Source: Amoebophrya sp. A120
Lineage: Eukaryota > Protista > Dinoflagellata
Direction of reading: 5' to 3'
NCBI GenBank assembly: GCA_905178155.1
Contig: CAJINV010000001.1
Span: 6,233,860-6,297,859, forward strand
DNA: 64,000 bases
In this document: piece after piece, positions 1 through 11,478 of the stretch
Layout of the letters: every line of letters begins with the position of its first letter
How positions within the stretch are numbered: position 1 is the first letter of the stretch
Position numbers and translations under genes: made by a program
The notes under the pieces: model-generated
What the model was told of the DNA's origin: nothing
Databases searched by the model: none
What the model saw: the letters and a program-made list of their open reading frames with translations, nothing else

Positions 1-663
1 GACGAAAGCTGGATGACGGACATTACCGACCTGGCCACCTGCACGCCGATGACCAGGCCGTACAGCACCTCGGCTGGTTGGACCTACAAGGGGAGGGAGG
101 TCACGAATCCCTGCATTGCCCTCCCCTGGCTCGACAGGCGCGCCGGGAACGAAGTTCGCTTCAACTACTGCGAATTGGTCCCGGGTGGTTTCGAGGGGGA
201 AGGCATGCGGTTCGACTCGTGGACGCTGCCGCCGGACGCAGACAAGGTCCTCGCCGCAGCGGAATTCGACAAGTTTACTAATTGGAAAGGTGGGCTCCTT
301 ACAGCGTTGCCGATCCGTGGAGGCGTGCGGTGCGAGGACGCGCAAGCTATGAAATGGATCCAGGGCGCGAGTGGGTTATGGGGACGACCTAGTAGTACTA
401 TTAGGGGTGCCTCTACTGCTTCACGAGATCCCATGGTGGCCTTGAGAATTGAACTCAGCTCCGACTGCCCCGACGACATCACGTTCTCGGATTTTAGAAT
501 GCAAGACAGCTCGACTACTATGCACGGAGGGCAAATAAGCACGGATCAGTCCTTCGCGCAAAAGAACGCAGATTCTTCTGGCGCAAATGCAGCAGCAGCA
601 GCAGCAGCAGCAAAGAAGTCGCCTCGTCGTCCGAGCGGGGTTGGTGGTATTGTGTTTGTGTGA
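1..663 (+). CDS. 3' part of a hypothetical protein (5'-truncated by window edge)
   Basis: Frame open from base 1 to TGA 661-663, GC-rich coding-like composition, (GCA)n poly-Ala near the C-terminus, followed by a T-rich 3' region. No family recognised. Confidence 0.7.
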   Translation, partial: DESWMTDITDLATCTPMTRPYSTSAGWTYKGREVTNPCIALPWLDRRAGNEVRFNYCELVPGGFEGEGMRFDSWTLPPDADKVLAAAEFDKFTNWKGGLLTALPIRGGVRCEDAQAMKWIQGASGLWGRPSSTIRGASTASRDPMVALRIELSSDCPDDITFSDFRMQDSSTTMHGGQISTDQSFAQKNADSSGANAAAAAAAAKKSPRRPSGVGGIVFV

Positions 664-1514
664 GTAGTTTCTTCGTGCTGTAGTCGGAGATGCTGTTGCT
701 CTCGCCCATCTGATGTTTCTTTCTGTTTTCGTTTTGTCTTTTTGATTTTGTTTCAATTTCATACATATGACGATGACCACGACGTTATCATCTAAAGGTA
801 AAGGTAAAGGGTCTGTATAAAAAAGTTTGAGTTTTTTAAAATCGTTGTTGTAGAAGCGTGTGAGTTTGTTTTTCATTCTTAACGCATGGCATTACTGAGT
901 CAACCCTTTGTTTCATTTTGATACCCACCCGCCCCGAAAAATTTCGACTTGTCTAAAGACGTAGCTGTCTAGAGGTCACCGCTGATCACCACCCCCGACC
1001 GATCGACGGAATAACAATAATCCCCGAGACTTCATTGCGATTAGGATTACAATTGCGTTTGAAATTGAATTGCTTCACCAAGAAAACTTCTTAAGTGATA
1101 CAGCGTGAGCTTCGTTTTTCAGGGCGCAAAGTGAATGAGCGCGTGTCCCTCTGAATGTTCTTGTTTTCGTCTTCTGTTGCCTTCAAATTCGAAAATATGA
1201 GAACGAAAAGAGACGAAGAGCGACGAGAAGAGAGAAGATCAAGATACGATGTTTGTCGTCGTGACCAACCACGCAAAAGAAGTGGTGACGAGCAACTCGG
1301 GGCTCCTTCTTTACGTGTTCGCGTCTGGGGCTTGGCGGCACGCAAGAAGTGGAATTGAGAGCAAAAGCGCATCGTACTTGAACTATTGAAAACAGCAACA
1401 AGCAAATTACCTTGCTTTCATCTGAATGAATGGACATGGAGATAGAGGACGATTCTACTTGTACTTCACAAGACAACTCTTAGCAATCTTCATCTATGCT
1501 GGTCAAACTGTGCT

Positions 1515-1892
1515 TTGGCGGGCGTACAAGTCGTAGGTGAACTTCGACAAGACCGAGAATTTTCCTTCCTTCAGAAACAAAACGAAATAAAAGTACACCT
1601 CCTCGTCCCGTCGAAACAAAAGAAAAATAGAGCGGAGAATGCTGTTCAAGATCTTCGCCGGGCTCTACTTGCGGAAATAGGTCTGCTCATGGGTTTCAGT
1701 AGCCCGCCCAATACGGCTCCTTACACCGCACAGGGTCCAGAAACTACTTACCTGAGCCAGCAGCAGTCTGCGCACCAGCAGCAGTCCTATCAGGAAGGGT
1801 CGCGTCCGCGTTCTTATTCCATGAGCTGGATCGACGAGATCGTGCCTCCCAATGAGGAGGAGGACGACCAGGAGAACTTTGAGTATCAATAG
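1515..1892 (+). CDS. Probable terminal exon(s) of a hypothetical protein
   Basis: From ~1630 the ORF reads as Q/S-rich then acidic (NEEEDDQENFEYQ*) with coding-like composition. Upstream exons could not be resolved. Confidence 0.4.
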   Translation: MAGVQVVGELRQDREFSFLQKQNEIKVHLLVPSKQKKNRAENAVQDLRRALLAEIGLLMGFSSPPNTAPYTAQGPETTYLSQQQSAHQQQSYQEGSRPRSYSMSWIDEIVPPNEEEDDQENFEYQ

Positions 1893-2103
1893 TTTGGTAC
1901 AAAAGAAAATTGAATATCTTGATCAAAATAAAGCCGTAAATCTTCAATCATTGCACCACGCTTTGCTGCAGCTGCACTTCTACCAGGCACGTTTTATTCA
2001 TTCATCAAGATCAAAGTTGAGGTTCAAGTAGGTGTGTTGAGACGAGCTCCTCTTCTCATGTAGCGGTTCGATTGCGACAACACAATTCTCATACATTTGC
2101 AGC

Positions 2104-5093
2104 TTGTCGCCGACAAAATTGGGTGAGTTCCTGACCCGGCCGGGGACGACACCGGTTCCCGTGCGTCCACACGCCGTCGATGGCATCATTGAAGCTGCTC
2201 GGGCGAAACCCTCCGGACTCAGTCGTCGGATGAAGTACCGCGCGCGTCCACAAAAACCGGGATGTAAGAATATGATGAGCTCCTGCATTTTCCACCCTAA
2301 TTTCACGTTTGTGTGAAACTGTAAGTGTATGTTGATGTTGTCTGTTCGCACGCAAACAAATACATTGCGTTGCAATCTCAAATGAACAGCTTCCAATGTT
2401 TTCTTCGACGCGTTGGATTACTCGGCGGGCGAGAAAGTGTCACCACGAAAAAAGCAGCTCGCTCTGTTCCACTTGCAGAATCCAAAGAAAAAATTCCGGC
2501 AAGCAGGTAAGACACGACAATAAAGAGTAGTAAGTACTTTGTTGTGCGTTCAACGTGTTGCACAACTTGCATGCATCCATATGTTTCAAGTCCGCTTGCA
2601 GCTCTGTCTTAGCATTGATTCTGGGATCTCGAGCGATCTCGTTCGTCCAGACACATTGACAGTTGTTCCACTTTATTTTCAGGTGCCTCTTCCTCGGCAA
2701 CTTCAATAGATCCGAACCGCGTCCTGTTTTCCTCGCACGTCGATCGGCGCAGCCTCGCGACACGACAGGGCATGGGGCGTCGAGCGCGCAGCAGCACCGC
2801 ACCGGCCGGCGATCTGGTTCGCGACGTGGAGTTTTCGCTGCACCAGGAACTGCACCTAAACGGCCAGCCAGAAATCGTTGACGAATTTCATTCCAGAGGA
2901 TTAACGTTTCTGTTGAACCATCGGCGACCGAAGGAGATGAAAGCAGTGGAGCCGGACGGCCACATCGATCTGTCCGCCGGGCCCTCGCAGGAACTATCGC
3001 AGGAACTTTCACAGGAACTGCCGACGAGCAACGAGGTGTCGCAGGAGCTCGCCGCCCCGGGAGCGGAGTTGGCGAGCAACAGCAGCAAAGGCAAAAGAGG
3101 CACGAAACAAGCAGGAGGAGACCCGCTGAAAGACGCCACAGGCTCGATTTCCACGAATGAGCGCAGTACGGTGTTTACGGAAAACAGCACAACTCTGACG
3201 GAAGGCGCGACGACTACCATCACGGCCACGATCACGGAGGATGACGTGACCGGCGGCGCTGCTAGTTCGATCGCCGGTGGTGCGGGAGCTGCTACATCAC
3301 ACGGTCCGCGCAGTATGACCGCGGCCTCGAACGCGACGCGATCGACTTCACGCGGCGGCGTAGGAACGCGAGGCAGTAGTCGTGGGTTCTTGTCTTCCAG
3401 TCAAACGGTCAGAACGAACAAGAGCATGTCCAGTACGGCGACCAGTAGTGATCAAAACGCGATGAACGCCAAACGGGCCTCCACGGCGGGCAGTTCTTTG
3501 ACGGCCACGACGGGGCTGCCGAGCACGGCCTCCAGCACCACTCGGCGTGGGCCCGCGGTGGGTTACTACCACTCGGAAATCTACAAGCAGAAACCAAGCA
3601 CCACGGCGGGGACCGTTGGCGCGAAGCTCACGGAGGAAAGACGAAAAAACGAACACCACCTGCACCACCAGGGCCGGTTGCGCAGCGAAATGCTGGGCAT
3701 GATGCTGATGGGCGGGAGTGGGTATGACCACGGCCGCGTGTTGCACTCGTCCCAGTCGAGCACGACCGCGTCGGAGAGACGGTCCCTATTCCCGCCGTCG
3801 AGTCCCTTCGAAAACGCCCCCATGACCATCACCTATCACGACGTGGGCAGTCCCAGTCCGGATATGAAGAAAAAAATGGCGCAAACGCAGCCGGTACAGC
3901 AAGAACCTGGTTCTTCATCCCAAAATCCCTTTTTGAGCCCTCCTGGCACAGCCAACAGCAAAAGCAGGTCTTTCGCCTCTCCGCAGAGTCAGTTCGTCGC
4001 GGAGCGGCTCGGGCTGCCGTCCACTGCTTCGCCGGGCACTTTGGCGCTGGAGCAGCTCACCTCCGAGCACCAGCAGATGGCGCAGCAGCAGCAGCTGCCT
4101 TACAGCTGGAATTTGATGACTGACGCGCAACTACAGAAGGACGGGAATGCCCTGTACAACAGTTTGATTCGTCCTTCGTCCAAGCAGGCTGTGGTGCGCC
4201 CGTCCGACCTGCAAGTGCACAACTCCCGAGGCGGCTCTGGTCGAGGCGTGTTAAACAATTCCGCGCTGCAGGACCCTCGCGTCTCGAAGGTGACCACGCT
4301 GGGCAAGTTTGCCACCCCGCCCGGCACCCAGGAAAAAACTTTGTTTCGCAAGCGCGCAATCCGCAATCTCGACGAAGCGATCGATTTTACCGAAGCAGCA
4401 GATTACTTGAATGAAGAGGATGAAGGAGCGGCTCTTCCTCACTCCGCGTCGAAAAAGAACCCAGAAATAAATACCGCGGCGAACAAGCGAAGCTACGTTT
4501 CATCTCCGCCGAAGAAAGGACAGCAAAATGTTTTTGTCTCCCCCTCCAAGGCCTTTCCGGGCGCCCCCCGCACTTCCGGGACGGCAAGCCGCCCGTCGAC
4601 GCGACAGAGTCTAGGCAGTAAGCGGGCGAAACTGGTGCAACAGTTGCAGAACCAGCACACTGCTGCTGAAACCAAGGAGGAAGAACACGACGATGTCGCC
4701 GACGTGGAGGCGTTGTTAGGCGAGCTGGACGAGGAACAGCACAATAAGATGTTGATGAAGCCAGGGACTGCGCCGGGGAAAATGCTACGGGGTGGCAGGA
4801 ACAAGGAAAATCAAGGAGCGACTGGCAGTTCTGGAAATAACGCCGCGAAGCAGGGCGGAAAAGGTAGTGCTGTTGGCGGGCCAGCGACTTCCAACAAGAG
4901 CAATCCCTTCAGCGAGTTCAAATCTGGCTCGTACTACCAAGACTGGCAAAGTTTGGAGAACTCTTCGTTGTACAGCGTGAGTCGGAACGGACCGCGACGC
5001 GGAGAAGACATGCAGCAAGGCATCTCAAAGTTGCGGACCAGGCACCGGACCGCGCTGGAAGGGATTTCCAACAACTTCAATGTCGTCTTCTAA
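2104..5093 (+). CDS. Low-complexity S/T/G-rich hypothetical protein, spliced (5' end uncertain)
   Basis: GT-AG introns 2264-2389 and 2507-2682 join ORF 2104 in frame to the 773-aa ORF ending at TAA 5093. An AG at 2102-2103 suggests a further upstream exon. Confidence 0.75.
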
Positions 5094-7796
5094 GATAGAC
5101 TGTGTGTGTCTACTGCTCGAACCAAAAACACAAACTGGAACTGCTGCACTTATCGAGCTGCTGTTGCTCCGCTGTCCTCTCTTTTGGTTTGTTGATAATA
5201 ATCGCGCGACCATCAGCAGCTACAGCTTTAAATTTTGTCAGAGTTAGTTTCTTTGAGTTGAGAAGCACGCTTAAGCGTAGCGTTGCTACCTGCCTAGACA
5301 ATTGTTGCCTATCATTTTCGAATTGAGCACGAACAACGCCACTATCTAGCGAGAATTACTAAAAATGCGCACGTTTCAGATTTTTACGAAAACTGTGAAC
5401 AATGTCACATCGCAAAGAAGCAGTTACGAGTTAACTTTTTTTGTCTTGTTTCAGGAATAATCAGAAACTGGATTTTACGATCAACAGAACAAATTGATGA
5501 GTCAGTCGTGCTGTTCAGACAGCATCATTTTTAGCCAGAAATGCAAATGTTGTAGTGACAGACAGAATTTATACTCGAACAAGAGGAGAAGATTCCGAGA
5601 AAATGAATTGTTTGATTGACCAACAAATGCTTTGTGCACTCTTTTTTATCATTTGATCCCCCTCCTTTTTTTGGGTCCAGAAAAAAAAAATAAAATATCA
5701 CGCAAGGAGAAAAGTCAAAGCTGTTAAGGAGAAAAGTCCTGCCAAGGAGAAAAGTCCAGCCAAAAGAAAAAAGTCCGAGCGTGCAACAGCTCGCGCGGTG
5801 TGGGGACTGGTCCCGCTCTTTTTCGTGAGAAGTGGCATCGGAGAAAGTCACCGTGACAAATTTCGCCCCTAGCGTTCAAACTTTCTGTAGCGTGTCCCAA
5901 CCTCCGCACTTGTTAGTCGGGATGATTATGTTGGGGGCGCACGAAGTAGGGCAGTTTTTGCGCCCCCGCACCAGTGCAAGGGTTTCCAACCAGGTATGAA
6001 AGTAATGGCGCACGGGTGCGCGTTTCGTCGATTTCTTGCGACGATACTTTTCAGGCCGCAGGATGTTTGGATCTATTTTCACCAAGAATCTGCGCGATTC
6101 ATCGGCCCCCTTCTCAATTCCGAGAAGGGGGCGGATGGCGGATTCTGGCTGACGTTGCTCCCGGTCCCGCATCCCGAAGTCAAGGGGCTGGCTATCGGAA
6201 GCTTTGCTCGGAATGAAGATAGGCCTGGTGGTGGGTTTTGCGTTGTGTTTGGTTTTGCGCTTTTGCACCGACGCGGGCGGCGATGCCTCGTTGAAGTAAG
6301 AAAGGCGCAAACCCAGACCCGGCGCCCGCAAAAAGCGGAAGCCAGGGAGGGCCGCGAAAAAAATCTCCGCGCGCGCTGCGCGCGCGGAGAGAAGTTCTTG
6401 CAGCCGAGCCGCAGGCCGTGCGGGCTTCGAAATGAGCGAAGGGGGTTCGGCAAACTCAACTCCCCGAATTTGCCACGCGCGCAGCGCCTTCCTTGTGGGG
6501 CAACTTCTTCTCCGTGCGGCGCACGCGCGGCCCGGCCCCTCCCATTCATATGGAACGCCTAAAATTTTTCTCGCGCGCTGCGCGCGCTGGCTGCCCGTCC
6601 CCTCTTTGTTTCTCTTGGCCCGTTTTTTGCTCACGCGGGGGCCTCCTTGCTGCAGGGGACGACAAAAAAGTTGTCGCGCGCAACGCACACAGCCTTGGGC
6701 TTCCTTCTTTGGGGGGCAAGCCCGTGCAGAATCCGCTTTGCGCAAGCGGCCTTTGATGTCCGTGCTTGTGTGGTTGGAGGGCGCCTGGTATTTTTTCCGC
6801 GTACCAGGCACGCAGCCTAGCCTCGTCGCCTTGGGGGGGGGAGGGTCTGAAAGATCTCTTTCGCACACCGTGCACGCGGAAGCGCACCGAGCTGGCGCAA
6901 TTTCCCCGGTGCGTCTATTTTCTCTGCGTGTGGGGGGAGCCTGCTCTGATTTGCTGCTAGCCCGGCGGAGATGGGGCAGCATGGCGTGCGCGCGGTGGTG
7001 CTGACTCTGCTTGCGCGGCACGGCAAAGGCGACGCGCGCGCGGCCCGGAATTTTCTCCGGACCCGCGGCCCTGTTCCCAAAACCGCAAAAAAAAACTTCT
7101 TCGCGCGCTGCCGCGCGCGCGTGCGAATTCCATTGGCCCGCTTGCCTGCGCCGCCGGCGAAGGCCACAAGCCGTACGCCCCCCCTGCTGTCCTAGGCCGT
7201 GTGGGCGTTGCTGAGCGATTTCGTTGTGGGGCCTTTGCCGGGCTGCAGCGCGTGGCACATGGGGTACCGGCTACCCGAGGGAGGCGCCGTGTGTTGCCCT
7301 AGGGTGGTACTGGGGGCGTGCCGCGAGTCCTTGGCGCGGCGCTTTTTTTTCGCTTTCTTACTGTCTTTTTTCCCGCAGTGCTGTGTTTAGCATAGTGTAT
7401 TCTGGCTAAGGATACCCTGGGAACAGCTCACGCGGTGCCAACATAAGTCCCAGGCTGGCTGTGGAGGTGTTTTTGGTCTCGCGCAGAGAATGGCTTGGTG
7501 CAGGACGCTGGGCGTTTTTCCCGTCGCGCAGTGTTTAGCATAGGGTATTCTGGCTACCCTGGGCGCGGCTTGCCCAGGATAGGTGCGGGTCTGTAGGTCG
7601 ATTTTTGCCTCTGAATGTAGCGGGAGGTCGCTGAGTGTAGCGTAGGGAGAGGCCCCGTAGCAGGGGCCTGTGCCCGGAGACCGTTTTTTTTGTGCCCTGA
7701 ACGCATTCGCCCCTCGTTTTCTCTTTAAGAAGTCCGTTTTCCCATCATCTTCTTCACGATGTCGGGGCTTCTCGAGATTTCCTTCAGAAGGGGACA

Positions 7797-8040
7797 TTTG
7801 GGAAATCCTTTCTCCTGGGCTTTTCGCATGATTTCCTTTGGGAAATCCCTTCTCCTGGGCTTTCCGCATGATTTCCTTTGGGAAATCCCTTCTCCTGGGC
7901 TTTCCGCGTGATTTCCTTTGGGAAATCCCTTCTCCTGGGTTTTCCGCGTGATTTCCTTTGGGAAATGCCTTCTCCTGGGCTTTCCGCATAATTTCTTTTA
8001 GGAAATCGCTCGCCCCTGGGCTTTCCGCGTTATAGGAAAT
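7797..8040. repeat. 40-bp tandem repeat, ~6 copies
   Basis: Unit TTTGGGAAATCCCTTCTCCTGGGCTTTCCGCRTGATTTCC starts at 7797, 7837, 7877, 7917, 7957 and (degenerate) 7997. Confidence 0.95.
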
Positions 8041-8220
8041 CTCTTCCTTAGGAGCCGGCCGCTGATCTCCGCGTCAACACGTACTGGAAGCAAGCTCCTT
8101 CTGATCTCCACTGCGAAACAGAGCGGAGACGAGCTCGGTGGCTAGGGTCTGGGTGGGATAGGGCCTGTCATAAGTATCGCGGTTTCTCCTTTGATATGGA
8201 TCAGAGGGTCCGCGATGTCG

Positions 8221-8317
8221 GACTTTTCTCCTTTGATATGGATCAGACGACTTTTCTCCTTTGATATGGATCAAAGGAGAAAAGTCCGGACTTTTCTCCT
8301 TGCAAAGGAGAAAAGTC
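8221..8317. repeat. Cluster of alternating inverted repeats (palindromes)
   Basis: GACTTTTCTCCTT and AAGGAGAAAAGTC alternate. 8274-8301 is a perfect palindrome and 8249-8286 a hairpin. Confidence 0.9.
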
Positions 8318-8352
8318 CGCTGGATTGATACCAGAGCGAGCAGCTCCTGGTC

Positions 8353-8520
8353 CAAATCCTTCTGTTTTTGCTTCAAATCTTTCCGTTTTAGCATCAAATC
8401 CTTCTGCTTTGGCATCAAATCCTTCTGCTTTAGCATCAAATCCTTCAGCTTTAGCATCAATTCCTTCTGTTTTAGCGTCAATTCCTTCTGTTTTAGCATC
8501 GATTCCTTCTGTTTTTGCTT
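8353..8520. repeat. 21-bp tandem repeat, 8 copies
   Basis: Consensus unit CAAATCCTTCTGYTTTAGCAT; on the minus strand it translates as (MLKQKDL)n. Confidence 0.95.
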
Positions 8521-9048
8521 TTTTCTAAATATCACACATGTTGTGATATCAGCAGCGCAATCGACTTTTCTCCTTTGGTCCTGTGATATCACGTGATATC
8601 ACGTGATATCAAAGGAGAAAAGTCTTTTTTCAAAGTTTAAAGACCCTTTTTTAAAATGAAACAACCGAGTTGCAAGAGTTAATTCCCGCGGCTTGCGCAT
8701 TGAATTGTGCCGGTGCTTTCTACACGCACTTCGGTTTGTTACTTGATGTTCGTGTTCCGGACTGTTGAGCAAGAGGCTCAGTAGGCAAGCGGAACAAAAG
8801 ACATGGCTCTTCCAGCATGTCGGCATTGATGAGCTTGTAACACATGGAGGGCTCCGGTGCTTGATCGGCCACACTCGAATTCATATCAAGCGGTAAACAC
8901 CACGAGAGTCGAGCCGTAGCCTTGCTCAGGTTCAGGAAAGACAAAGAGATGTAAGATGGGGTGGTGAAGGCGAGGGGCTGTGGTGGACGGGACTGCGGTC
9001 ATCTCAGATAAAAACGGTTTCAATTCCTCCCGTCCTCGCCCGCCCGTC

Positions 9049-11478
9049 ATGTTGCGCTTGGATGTTGTTTTGTCTGCCTTGCTAGCGGCCGCGCCATATG
9101 CTTGCCGCGCACGGCAGCTCGTCGACGTCGCCGGTGGAAATAAAACACCCAAGCTGCAGCTGCACCAGGCGGCGGCAAGTGCGAGCGCCCATCCCCTCGA
9201 GCATGCGGTGGCGATGTTGGCAAAGATGAAGGAGGAAGCCAGCGCGGATATGCAGAGCGAGGCAGTTATGTATGCGACATATAGCCAATACGTGACCGAC
9301 GAAACCATTCGGCTGAACAGTACAATCAATGATCTAGGGGTGCAAATCGAGGCCGCAAACGCCGAGGCGGCGAAGCTCCGCGCGCAAGCGGAGTCGCTGG
9401 ATCTGCAAGTACTTCTAAATCAGTGCCAGTGCAGTGTTTGCCTTTGTGCATACAAGTAGGAGCTGCTTCACCAGGTTTTTTGAGAAACTTGTTTGTATGG
9501 CAGTAAAGTAGTGGTTAAAAGACGACGAAATTCTCTGTGAAGAGGTCGTGAACTTTCGCAATAACACCTCGCCATCAAGGTAAACGAGACCACGACTGAC
9601 CTGGAAAAGACCAAGACGGAAAAACACGATATCGATGAGGAGAACAATGCGAGAATCACCCAGTTTCTTGAGGCGGAAACGGATTACCGCAACGCGATCT
9701 ACATGATTGAAAAGGCCATCGCGCACCTGAAAGCACGGGAAATTACGGATAAGAACGAAATGGACATCAAGTACGCAGAGCCGCCGGGGGTTGTCGGCGC
9801 CGCGCTGCTGCAGCAAAAGGCAAACATTTTAGCGAAGATGAAATCCTCAAGCAGTTCCTTTTTGTCCAACCTCGCGAACCGGCTAAAAGACCTCGTGTTC
9901 GGGCCGTTGAAGCAAACGAGCTGGATCGAGAACCAGCTGCAGCTACTGCAAGAGAAAGTCAGCTTGCACGCGAAAAATTTCACCGACACCGCTTCCGTGC
10001 TCGTTACTCTACGTGATCTCCGGGCGAGCTTCGCGGACGAAGTCGATGCGTTGGTCAAACAGGAATCGGCGGACAAACTCGCGTGGCAGCAGACCAGCCT
10101 CGCCCTGGGATTCGAGATCGAGAAACTGGAGCGCGCCATCAAGGACGCCACGGAGGGGGCCGCGAGCATGCGCGCAACAGCAGGGGAAAAAGCCGCGGGC
10201 GCGATCGAGGACGCGCAGACGCAGGGCGATTTGATCACGACCTTAGACGAGCTCGTGGCGCAGGGAAAGTCAAAGGCCGCACAGTTCACGGAGCGGCAAG
10301 CGACCAGGCAGAACGAAATCGCGGCGCTGACAGACGCGGTGTCTATCTTGTCCAAGCCGATCTCCTTGATAAGTACGAAAAGCGGACAAGAAGAACATGG
10401 TGTTCGTATCGCCAAAGAAACGAAAAAAGTGGTTTCCTTGCTGCAAGTTTCAACATCGAGCACGAAGAAAACAGCGGCAAAAGAATCCGTGCAAGAAGCG
10501 GAAAGCCGTGCCACTAGCATTGCGTTTCTGAAGGAGAAGAACTCGAAGTCAAATTCCGTGCTAGCCCTGGTGCAGAAGAGTCTAGCCGCCCAGGACCCGC
10601 TCGCCAAGGTGAAGGCGATGATCACGGACCTGATTACGCAGATGGAGAAGGAGGCCGCGGAGGAGGCCACGCACCACTCCTGGTGCGACACCGAAGTGAA
10701 AAAGACCGAGGCGGACAAGGAAAAGGCGGGAGAGGAGGTGGAGCAGTACTCCCAAAAAATCGCAGAAGTGTCCGCCACACTGGAGCGACTGCAGGCCCGC
10801 GTCCCGAAAATCAAGGCCAAGATCAACGAAACGATGACGGACATCGCGGAACAGGGCAAAATTTTCACGGACTCGCAAAACCAGATCAACAAGGAGCTCC
10901 ACGAGGTGATGGAGGCGGAGAACGCATTGCAGGACGCCCTGGCGGTGCTGCAACAGGTCTACGGTGCTACGACAGCGGGAGCCGCGCCGCCGCCAAATTT
11001 CTTGCAGATGAGGAAAGTTGCTGTAGGGTCCATTCGTTCCCAAAACAAGAACGCGAGGGATGCGCCGGAAATCTTTGACGACAGCCCCTACACCGGGCAG
11101 GCAAGCGGTGGCGGCGCCGTGGACTTTCTGCAGTTTCTCCTTGGAGAGTTCCAAAAACAGAATTCGGAACTAGTCGCGCAGCGCTCCGACGAGCAGATGG
11201 AGCACACGCGGATCGTGAGTGAAATGCAGGCGTTGCAGCAAAAATACCAGTCGGATTTGGGGGAAAATCAAGCGACGCAATTGACCAAGCATGGCGAGCT
11301 GACGGGCGCGCAATCGGCCAAGCAAACCAGTGCCGCCGCGTTAGCCGCGGCAAACGCGTACTACGCAGAACTGACGCCGAGCTGCATTGCGGTCACTGAT
11401 TTTGACGAACGAACGAAACAGCGGCAAGACACGATCCAGTCACTGCAAGAAGCCATGGAGATTCTGCAATCGCAATAG
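9049..11478 (+). CDS. Secreted acidic coiled-coil protein of the abundant dinoflagellate-type 'FLQ/WCD' family (possibly extrusome/trichocyst-matrix-like)
   Basis: Signal peptide MLRLDVVLSALLAAAPYACRA; GT-AG intron 9409-9579 joins ORFs 8980 and 9703 in frame; motifs DPLAKVKAMITDLI..EAAEEATHHSWCD, YTGQASGG, YYAELTPSC; ALLQ/SLLQ/NFLQ linkers. Confidence 0.8.

Larger units (their letters stand above)
5673..8646. mobile_element. Putative ~3-kb non-autonomous/degenerate transposon-like insertion with subterminal repeats
   Basis: AAGGAGAAAAGTC occurs 3x at the left end (5704, 5726, 5744) and in both orientations at the right end (8221, 8249, 8274, 8289, 8305, 8563, 8612). The interior is GC-rich with satellites and no recognisable transposase. 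Termini are ambiguous: GGGTC 5673/GACCC 8646, or TATCAC 5696/GTGATA 8588-8608. Confidence 0.55.

Noticed and set aside
5876-7258. 460-aa minus-strand ORF as a transposase or other gene
   Set aside because: No catalytic or domain motifs recognised; stop depletion is explained by high GC.
7797-8040. Regular 40-bp repeats as a CRISPR array
   Set aside because: Head-to-tail units with no unique spacers, no cas genes, eukaryotic context.
8914-8930. CCGTAGCCTTGCTCAGG resembling a relic dinoflagellate spliced leader upstream of the 9049 gene; similar 20-mer at 41677-41696
   Set aside because: It needs a 5-nt deletion plus a mismatch, the second copy lies in an intron, and an 18/20 match between two sites is expected by chance in 64 kb.
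9699-10892. Long antisense ORFs (also 22498-23868, 59644-60396)
   Set aside because: They are shadows of GC-rich plus-strand CDSs and have no independent motifs.
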